From the NCBI GenBank assembly GCA_051881335.1, contig JBJEPR010000139.1, positions 1-51,441 on the forward strand: a stretch of DNA of 51,441 nucleotides, read 5' to 3'. A program made the translations under genes and the position numbers. The stretch comes from Candidatus Fimenecus sp. GTDB lineage: Bacteria; Bacillota; Clostridia; Oscillospirales; Acutalibacteraceae. Below are positions 45,188 to 51,441 of the stretch, in pieces. Below the pieces are notes generated by a model, which did no database searches, was not told the DNA's origin, and saw only the letters and a list, made by a program, of their open reading frames with translations. Every line of letters begins with the position of its first letter. The first letter of the stretch is position 1.

Positions 45188-46187
45188 TGGTATACCCCGT
45201 TCCGGCGGGCAATTCTTTTTCAATTAAACCGTTTTCCCAAAGCCAAGCATAAAATCCGTCCCAACGCGCGGGGTCAATATAGCCCCACTGGTCGACCTCG
45301 GCTTTATACTGCTGAGAAAGCCATTTTTGGCTTTCGGTAACCAGCTCTAAAGAATCCTTGAGCGAACCGGTAGTGTCGCCGTCCACCAAAATCTGCGCCG
45401 CTTCTTCGGGATTTGCAATCGCATATTCATAGCCCTTTTTGAGCGCGGCAAGGAATGCCTTGGTCGTTTCGGGATTTTGCTCGATATAGTCGTTATTCGC
45501 AATCAAAATCGGGGTGTAATAATCAAACACGGGGTCAATATCGGCAAAGTTGAAATAATCAAACTCCAAACCCGAAAGCTTTGCGGAAATACCGCCCCAG
45601 CCGTAGTAAATCCAAATCGCGTCGGTCTGCTTTTCTCTGAGCGCGCCCGCTTCGTCGGTAATATTATTCGGAATCAAGTTGACTTTGGAGAAGTCGCCGC
45701 CGTCCTTTTCCACAACGGATTGCAGCATAGCCTTTTCCACCGGAATATCCCAAGTGGAATAAGTATGGTTTTCTAAGCCCTTCGGGCTGTCCATCCCCTC
45801 GCCCTTGCGGGAGATGATACCCGAGGTGTTGTGCTGTACGAGCGCGGCAACTGCCGTTACGCCCAAAGGCTCGTCCGAAGTAAACGCCGAAGCGATGGTA
45901 TCCTGTGCGTCAATCGCAAACTGTGCCTGCCCTGCCGCGCACATCGCGGCGGCACCGCTTTCGGGCGGCTGTACTACAGTCACATCCAAGCCCGCTTCGG
46001 TGAAATAGCCTTTTGCGAGTGCAACATAAATGCCCGTATGGTTGGTATTCGGCGTCCAATCTAACGAAAGGGTGATTTTTTGTAAATCTGCTGTCTGGTC
46101 GGTCTGTTTTCCTGCACAAGCGGCAAGTGACAAAAGCATCACCGCGCACAACAGTACGGCAAGAATTTGTTTTGTATATTTTTTCAT
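45171..46187 (-). CDS. Lipoprotein substrate-binding protein, NMT1/THI5-like (ThiY-like, HMP/pyrimidine precursor binding)
   Basis: Lipobox LAAC. LDWTPNTNHTGIYVA motif typical of NMT1/THI5-like binding proteins. ATGA overlap with the permease stop. Confidence 0.88.
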   Translation of the reverse strand: MKKYTKQILAVLLCAVMLLSLAACAGKQTDQTADLQKITLSLDWTPNTNHTGIYVALAKGYFTEAGLDVTVVQPPESGAAAMCAAGQAQFAIDAQDTIASAFTSDEPLGVTAVAALVQHNTSGIISRKGEGMDSPKGLENHTYSTWDIPVEKAMLQSVVEKDGGDFSKVNLIPNNITDEAGALREKQTDAIWIYYGWGGISAKLSGLEFDYFNFADIDPVFDYYTPILIANNDYIEQNPETTKAFLAALKKGYEYAIANPEEAAQILVDGDTTGSLKDSLELVTESQKWLSQQYKAEVDQWGYIDPARWDGFYAWLWENGLIEKELPAGTGYTNAYLS

Positions 46188-46963
46188 TGATTTTCTCCTT
46201 TTTCTTTTCGTTCCCACGGCATAACGAGTTTGCGAAGCACCGCAACGCCCCACATCAGCAAAAGACTTACAAGTGTTGTAAAAATAATGACGGCGAACAT
46301 TTTGTCAAAGGCATATGCCTTTCGCACACGCGTCATATACACACCCAAGCCCTCAAAGCCGCCGAGCCATTCGGCAACCACCGCGCCGACTACGGCGTAC
46401 GAGGCGGATACTTTCAGCCCTGCAAAAAACGAGCCCAATGCCGAGGGGAATTTAATGTAACGGAAAATTTTTACGCGTCCCGCGCCCATACTGCGCAACA
46501 GATTGATGGCATCTTGGTCTGCACAGCGGTAGCCGTCCAACAAACTGACGGCAATCGGGAAAAAGGTGGTCAACACCACCAGCGTAATTTTCGGCGCCAT
46601 ACCGAAGCCCTGCCAAAGCACCAACAGCGGTGCGACGGCAATGGTCGGCACGGTTTGTGTAATCACCAAAAGCGGATAAATCGCCTTGTAGAGGATTTCA
46701 AAGCGGTCCATCAGCGTGGCAAGTAAGAATGCCAGCACCACGCCGAGTAAAAGCCCCAAAAACGCCTCGGTCAGCGTAACACGCGCGTGCTGACACAACA
46801 GCGAAAAATCCGAAAAAAATGCCTTTGCTACCGCCGCGGGGGACGGTAACATAAACGACGGCACCAAATCGAAGCCCGTTGCCGCCGCCCAAATCGCCAC
46901 CACCGCCAAAAGCGCCACAGCGGGAGAGAGCTTACTGATGATGCTTTGTAACTTTTTGGTCAA
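46184..46963 (-). CDS. ABC transporter permease (NitT/TauT family; ThiX-like)
   Basis: Six-TM BPD-type permease with an EAA-like loop (LLRSMGAGR...F..I.FP.A). Confidence 0.9.
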   Translation of the reverse strand: MTKKLQSIISKLSPAVALLAVVAIWAAATGFDLVPSFMLPSPAAVAKAFFSDFSLLCQHARVTLTEAFLGLLLGVVLAFLLATLMDRFEILYKAIYPLLVITQTVPTIAVAPLLVLWQGFGMAPKITLVVLTTFFPIAVSLLDGYRCADQDAINLLRSMGAGRVKIFRYIKFPSALGSFFAGLKVSASYAVVGAVVAEWLGGFEGLGVYMTRVRKAYAFDKMFAVIIFTTLVSLLLMWGVAVLRKLVMPWERKEKGENQ

Positions 46964-47231
46964 TGGTCAGAACACCGCCCTCCGGCTTGTACGCGACTTT
47001 CACATACGCGGAAACCGACGGTGCGCCTGCGCGGATTGCCACATGCTGGCACTCTTTGACAATGTTCATCAGTTGGTCGTAGCTTTCGCCCTCGATGGTG
47101 GTTTCAAATGGCCCGACATAGTAGTTTAAGCCCGTGCTTTTGATATAGTCGATGACCTCATCGACAATCCGCACCAGCTCGTCAGTGTCCGAAACGCCGG
47201 GCAGTACCTGAATGGCGACACTTGCTTGCAT
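46932..47231 (-). CDS. MTH1187/YkoF-family thiamine-binding protein
   Basis: 99-aa ORF with the ferredoxin-like pattern AIQVLP...........V.EVI..I..SGL.Y.VGP..T..EG. First gene after the TPP riboswitch. Confidence 0.85.
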   Translation of the reverse strand: MQASVAIQVLPGVSDTDELVRIVDEVIDYIKSTGLNYYVGPFETTIEGESYDQLMNIVKECQHVAIRAGAPSVSAYVKVAYKPEGGVLTIDQKVTKHHQ

Positions 47232-47249
47232 ACAAAATTCCTCCTACTA

Positions 47250-47291
47250 AAAATGTAAGCCTTACGATACTTCCTGCATACCGTAAGGCTT
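47250..47291 (-). terminator. Riboswitch expression-platform terminator
   Basis: On the minus strand, AAGCCUUACGGUA-ugcaggaag-UAUCGUAAGGCUU (13 bp including one G-U pair) followed by ACAUUUUUAG. Confidence 0.7.
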
Positions 47292-47304
47292 TTGTGGTTT
47301 TTGT

Positions 47305-47400
47305 GCAACAAACTACCTACGGCGGCATTACCCGCATCAGGTGAAAGGGTCAAAGAAGCGTTCATTCTTTATCTCAGCCGGCTTTTGCGCCAGCCCCCCT
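47305..47400 (-). ncRNA. TPP (THI-box) riboswitch
   Basis: The minus strand reads GGGGCUGGCGCAAAAGCCGGCUGAGAUAAAGAAUGAACGCUUCUUUGACCCUUUCACCUGAUGCGGGUAAUGCCGCCGUAGG. It contains the conserved CUGAGA, ACCUGAU and GGUAAUGCC..CGUAGG elements. Confidence 0.9.
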
Positions 47401-47435
47401 GTGGTTGGATTCAGTTTTCATAAGACTTCCAAAAA

Positions 47436-47464
47436 AGTATAGTACACCGCACAAAAAAAGTCAA
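47436..47464 (-). promoter_or_regulatory. Sigma-70-type promoter candidate for the TPP-riboswitch operon
   Basis: On the minus strand, TTGACT, a 17-nt spacer, then TATACT, about 35 nt upstream of the riboswitch. Confidence 0.5.
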
Positions 47465-47656
47465 TACCGATTGTGCACGCGTTCGGCAAAAACTGTATGC
47501 GTTAAAATGATGTGACCAAAAAAAGAAAGAGAAGTAACTTCAAAATATGGTATAATGGATTAGCTACATACAAGGCGCACGGTGTAGAAAACCGCACGCT
47601 TGATTTGTGCAAGTTGAAAACTGTTCGTCTGCATTTCCATTTTAAAGAAATTCCGC

Positions 47657-47685
47657 TTGACGAACAATCGGAAATCCTGTACTAT
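47657..47685 (+). promoter_or_regulatory. Sigma-70-type promoter candidate for the Pro-rich protein gene
   Basis: TTGACG, a 17-nt spacer, then TACTAT, 25 nt upstream of the ATG at 47711. Confidence 0.5.
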
Positions 47686-47710
47686 GAAACTGAGAAGGGA
47701 GAAATACAAA

Positions 47711-48703
47711 ATGTTCGAAAAGAAAGAAGATACTTACAAAGGGTACAGCGAAACCCATACACAGCCGCTTCGCGACACGACAGACAGTCGGTTTGCGCCG
47801 ACGGAAACCGATACACCCGTTCCGCCCAACACTTACGGGCAACCGACAGAGCCCTATGCACCCGTTCCGCCCAATACTTACGGGCAACCGACAGAGCCCT
47901 ATGCACCTGTTCCGCCCAATACTTACGGACAACCGCAACAGCCTTATGCGCCCGTACAGCCGAATGGGTATGGGCAACCGCAAATGTACGGCCAACCCGC
48001 ATATCCGTATACGCCCGGTCAACCGCCGAAACGCCACAGCGTCGGCAAAACCATTGCGATTGTGATTGCGTGCATTGTCGGCGTGAATTTGCTGTTGTTC
48101 GGCGGCATCGTCGCCTATGTCGCACTGCAATCCCCCGAAAAAAAGGTGGAGGCCTACGAGCAAAGCGGCAATTTGGCAGATTTAATTGACGCGTGTGACA
48201 TCTATGACAACCAAATGCCCGATGTGGACGACCCCGTAGCGGCGGAACAGCATTTTGAAACGGCGCTTTCGGACACAAAAACTTTTTTGCGTGCATTTAA
48301 AGACGCGGAATGCGCCGACTATTACCAAGACGATGTGTCGGCATATAACAAGATGATGACAGACTGGCTGTGTCTGATGCTCATAAACGGGCAGTATGAC
48401 AAATACAACGAGATATTTGTCAAAAAAATGTTGGAGTACTCCCCGTCCGGGAACTATTATTTTGACACTTATACGCTGATGTATTATATCGAAAATGAAT
48501 ATATCACCTTGACCGAGCCGCAAAAGCAAGCCGCCCTTTCGGCATTTGACGCGTTGCTGGCCGCTTCAACCTCTGCGGAAGAACGGCAGTTAAATCTGGG
48601 AGAGTATTACGATTTCTGCGAAGCTTTGGGCGAATATGACAAGGCAGACGAAATCGAACGACAGTTAAACGAAGCTGTAACCGCAACCGAACCCACAGTG
48701 TAA
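47711..48703 (+). CDS. Membrane-anchored protein with a Pro/Tyr/Gln-rich repeat N-terminus and a helical extracytoplasmic C-domain
   Basis: ATG at 47711 after GAAGGGAG. Three 15-aa PVPPNTYGQPTEPYA repeats plus degenerate YGQP repeats, one TM helix, then about 200 aa with no family I recognise. Confidence 0.75.
   Translation: MFEKKEDTYKGYSETHTQPLRDTTDSRFAPTETDTPVPPNTYGQPTEPYAPVPPNTYGQPTEPYAPVPPNTYGQPQQPYAPVQPNGYGQPQMYGQPAYPYTPGQPPKRHSVGKTIAIVIACIVGVNLLLFGGIVAYVALQSPEKKVEAYEQSGNLADLIDACDIYDNQMPDVDDPVAAEQHFETALSDTKTFLRAFKDAECADYYQDDVSAYNKMMTDWLCLMLINGQYDKYNEIFVKKMLEYSPSGNYYFDTYTLMYYIENEYITLTEPQKQAALSAFDALLAASTSAEERQLNLGEYYDFCEALGEYDKADEIERQLNEAVTATEPTV
47816..47950 (+). repeat. Three tandem 45-nt coding repeats
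   Basis: Units start at 47816, 47861 and 47906 and are nearly identical. Degenerate copies continue to about 48020. Confidence 0.9.
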
Positions 48704-48730
48704 AAAACATAAAACACAAAATAAAGACTT

Positions 48731-48817
48731 GTCATTCTGAACGAAGCGAAGAATCTCAAAAAGCGTAAAATACAGAGTGTGGGGAATGAGATTCTTCGGC
48801 TGTCGCCTCAGAATGAC
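48731..48817 (-). repeat. 87-nt palindromic intergenic element, copy C (inverted relative to copy B)
   Basis: The reverse complement reads GTCATTCTGAGGCGACAGCCGAAGAATCTC...TTTGAGATTCTTCGCTTCGTTCAGAATGAC. It closely matches copy B and abuts the terminator at 48818. Confidence 0.8.
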
Positions 48818-48860
48818 AAAACCACGGGCTGTTCATAATTTTGAACAGCCCGTGGTTTTT
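48818..48860. terminator. Bidirectional terminator between convergent genes
   Basis: 18-bp stem AAAACCACGGGCTGTTCA / TGAACAGCCCGTGGTTTT. Confidence 0.75.
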
Positions 48861-48877
48861 ATACACCGTATTTTGTT

Positions 48878-49849
48878 TTATTCCGCCGTCTGCACGGTTT
48901 CTTCGGTAAATTCGTGGTCGTCACTCTCTACCGACACCCATTCGGGTTTTTGCACCATAATGCGCACCGCATGTTTTAAGGTGGTTACATCTACTTCTAA
49001 ATGTTCCCCGCCGAATTCGCCGTCGAGCGTAAAGGGAGTGGGGTCATCAAACATAAATTTGATGTTTTTGCAATGGCGAATAATCACATTGTCATTTTGT
49101 GCTACGGTTTTATGTACCATATCGTTGGCAAGGCGCAACAATTCCCCTAAATTTTTGAACATCCGCACAAGCACCAATTCGTGCAGACCGTCATCAAATT
49201 CCACACCCATATTGTGGAGCACCGGCATACCGCCGACAGAATAGGAATTGGACGCCGCGCCGTAGAACCAATCGCCCTCAAAGAATTCGCCGTCTGCCTC
49301 CACACGCGCGTGGTACGCGTGCATTTTCACAAAATCCTTTGCCGCCTGCACATAATAGGCATTTTTGCCCAAAACATTTTTAATCTTTTGGTTGACGCCG
49401 TAGGAAATCGCCGTAAAATTGCCGAAGCCTGCCACATACATAAAATGTTCATCACCGAATCTGGCGATATCTATCGGTTTCGGCTCGCCGTTGATAATCG
49501 CTTCCACCGCCGCGAACACATCGGTCGGAATATTTAAGGAGTGGGCGAAATCGTTGGTCGAACCCATCGGCAAATACCCAATCGGAATGTCTTTGTTGAG
49601 CGCCATCACACCGCAAACCGTTTCTTTTAAGGTGCCGTCGCCACCGCAGCAAACGATAATATCAAATTCACCGCCGCGGGTTTTCACAATATCGAACGCG
49701 TTTTTGTCGATTTGCGTACAGCACGCGGTCACATTGTACCCCGCCTGGTCAAAGCGGTTGATCATACGCATCATATACTGCTTTGCCATTTTTTTACCCG
49801 AAACGGGATTGACAACCAACAGCATTTTTTGATTGTTTGCATCTGCCAT
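48878..49849 (-). CDS. Diacylglycerol/lipid kinase family protein (YegS/DagK-like)
   Basis: LLVVNPVSG, CCGGDGT and GSTNDF motifs. ATG at 49849 after GAGGTG. Confidence 0.9.
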   Translation of the reverse strand: MADANNQKMLLVVNPVSGKKMAKQYMMRMINRFDQAGYNVTACCTQIDKNAFDIVKTRGGEFDIIVCCGGDGTLKETVCGVMALNKDIPIGYLPMGSTNDFAHSLNIPTDVFAAVEAIINGEPKPIDIARFGDEHFMYVAGFGNFTAISYGVNQKIKNVLGKNAYYVQAAKDFVKMHAYHARVEADGEFFEGDWFYGAASNSYSVGGMPVLHNMGVEFDDGLHELVLVRMFKNLGELLRLANDMVHKTVAQNDNVIIRHCKNIKFMFDDPTPFTLDGEFGGEHLEVDVTTLKHAVRIMVQKPEWVSVESDDHEFTEETVQTAE

Positions 49850-49880
49850 GCCCACACACCTCAGTTTTTCTTTGGATTGA

Positions 49881-51263
49881 TTAAAATACGATTTTCTCGG
49901 CAATGAACGCTTCCAATTCGTCAATCGGCAAGCGAACTTGTTCCATGGTATCGCGGTCGCGCACGGTTACACAGCCGTCTTGCTCACTTTCAAAGTCAAA
50001 GGTAATGCAATACGGTGTGCCGATTTCGTCCTGACGGCGGTAGCGTTTGCCGATAGAGCCGGTCTCGTCGAAGTCCACCATAAATTTCTTGGAAAGCGCC
50101 TCGTATACGGGCATTGCCTTTTCCGACAATTTCTTGGAAAGCGGTAAAACCGCCGCCTTGTAGGGCGCGACTGCGGGGCTTAAATGCAGCACCACGCGGG
50201 TATCGTTTTTCTCGGCGTCGAGCACTTCCTCGTCATACGCCTCGCACAACAGCGCCAAAACGGTGCGGTCCAGCCCATAAGTGGATTCAATGATAAACGG
50301 AATGAATTTTTCATTGGTTTCGGGGTCCAAATACTCCATTTTCTGCCCGCTGTATTCCTGATGGCGGGTTAAGTCGAAATTGGTACGGTTGTGCGTACCA
50401 TTGATTTCGCCCCAGCCGAACGGGAACAAAAATTCAATGTCACAGGCGGCTTTCGCATAGTGCGCCAATTTTTCGTGGTCGTGATACCGCAAATGGTCGG
50501 AAGGAATGCCCAAATCCTCAAAATACTGCTTGCCGTATGCCTTGAAATAGTCGTACAACTCGCTGTCCGTGCCCTCTTTGCAGAAGGTTTGGAACTCCAT
50601 TTGCTCAAACTCAATGGTGCGGAAGGTGAAGTTGCCGGGCGTAATCTCATTGCGGAACGCCTTGCCGATTTGCCCGATGGAAAACGGCAGCTTCGCACGC
50701 ATGGTACGCTGGACATTCAAGAAGTTAACATATTCACCCTGCGCGTTTTCGGGGCGCAGATAAATCACGCTTTTGCTGTTATTGGTCACGCCGCGGAAGG
50801 TCTGGAACATCAAATTGAATTCACGAATATCCGTGAAATTGTGCTTGCCGCAGTTCGGGCAGGGAATGTGATGGTCCTTAATATACTGGAACATTTCCTC
50901 TTTGGTCATACCGTCGGCGTGCGCGTCAGGATCAAAATCATCAATCAAATTGTCGGCGCGGTGGCGCATTTTGCACTCTTTGCAGTCGAGTAACGGGTCG
51001 GAGAACGACGCCACATGGCCGCTTGCCTCCCAAACACGCGGGTGCATCAAAATATCCGCGTCCACTTCATAGCTGTTTTTGCGCTCCTGGATGAAGCGCT
51101 TGCGCCAAGTGTCTTTCACATTGTTCTTTAACCGTGCGCCCAACGGACCATAGTCCCAAGTGTTGGCAAGCCCGCCGTAAATGTCGCTTCCCGGGAAAAT
51201 AAACCCGCGATTTTTACACAGCGCCACGATTTTCTCCATAGATTTTTCTTCGTTTTTCAACAT
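49881..51263 (-). CDS. glyQS: Glycine--tRNA ligase (alpha2 homodimeric type)
   Basis: [26 protein letters not shown]-terminus, class-II motifs and an anticodon-binding C-domain. An alternative ATG lies at 51239. Confidence 0.96.
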   Translation of the reverse strand: MLKNEEKSMEKIVALCKNRGFIFPGSDIYGGLANTWDYGPLGARLKNNVKDTWRKRFIQERKNSYEVDADILMHPRVWEASGHVASFSDPLLDCKECKMRHRADNLIDDFDPDAHADGMTKEEMFQYIKDHHIPCPNCGKHNFTDIREFNLMFQTFRGVTNNSKSVIYLRPENAQGEYVNFLNVQRTMRAKLPFSIGQIGKAFRNEITPGNFTFRTIEFEQMEFQTFCKEGTDSELYDYFKAYGKQYFEDLGIPSDHLRYHDHEKLAHYAKAACDIEFLFPFGWGEINGTHNRTNFDLTRHQEYSGQKMEYLDPETNEKFIPFIIESTYGLDRTVLALLCEAYDEEVLDAEKNDTRVVLHLSPAVAPYKAAVLPLSKKLSEKAMPVYEALSKKFMVDFDETGSIGKRYRRQDEIGTPYCITFDFESEQDGCVTVRDRDTMEQVRLPIDELEAFIAEKIVF

Positions 51264-51322
51264 AATAACCGTCCTTTGCTCCCTTCCCGGCTGGAAGGTT
51301 CATCAAAAGTATCTGAACTAAA

Positions 51323-51351
51323 ATTTTAATCCATATTTTCGGATATGTCAA
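51323..51351 (-). promoter_or_regulatory. Sigma-70-type promoter candidate for glyQS
   Basis: On the minus strand, TTGACA, a 17-nt spacer, then TAAAAT, about 60 nt upstream of the ATG. A TTGACTTGTCAA palindrome lies just upstream. Confidence 0.5.
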
Positions 51352-51441
51352 GGCAAAATCTAACATTTTGACAAGTCAAGGAACATTTGGCAGGATTTCC
51401 GTATGGAAAATGTCCCTGTCTTTCGGTATAAATCGCTTGCG

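Noticed and set aside
47547-47656. Extended -10-like TGGTATAAT followed by ~100 nt with small hairpins upstream of the Pro-rich gene promoter, considered as a possible small RNA.
   Set aside because: There is no -35 element, no terminator and no recognisable RNA motif. It could simply be AT-rich divergent promoter DNA.

Overview
This 51.4 kb window is a densely coded chromosomal segment from a moderately GC-rich, apparently spore-forming Firmicute. A Clostridia, Oscillospiraceae/Ruminococcaceae-like origin is inferred from gene content only (ypeB, SpoIID domain, class-B-type sortases). Most of it is housekeeping. On the minus strand it carries pyrH-frr-uppS and the rpmG-secE-nusG-rplK-rplA-rplJ-rplL ribosomal cluster, with an L10-leader-like attenuator. 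It also carries carAB, rlmH, maf, a NUDIX gene, murD, galE, thiI with a cysteine desulfurase, glyQS, and a TPP-riboswitch-controlled HMP/thiamine-precursor ABC operon. I found no rRNA, tRNA, CRISPR array, transposase, integrase or phage genes. I did not find a clearly new system, only leads. (1) A tightly coupled minus-strand block runs pncC, three tandem class-B-type sortase paralogs, then a degenerate-CinA/TM/SpoIID fusion protein, with no sorting-signal substrate in the window. (2) A roughly 459-aa PP-loop-type protein is translationally coupled to murD and may be a MurL/MurD2-type L-Glu-then-epimerise route. (3) An 87-nt palindromic MITE/REP-like element occurs three times, and two copies bracket the ribosomal-protein operon. 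(4) Three small overlapping ORFs of unknown function lie next to a large unknown membrane protein. (5) An M14-peptidase-like protein has its HxxE zinc motif replaced. Many long ORFs in the supplied track are antisense shadows of real genes and were rejected.
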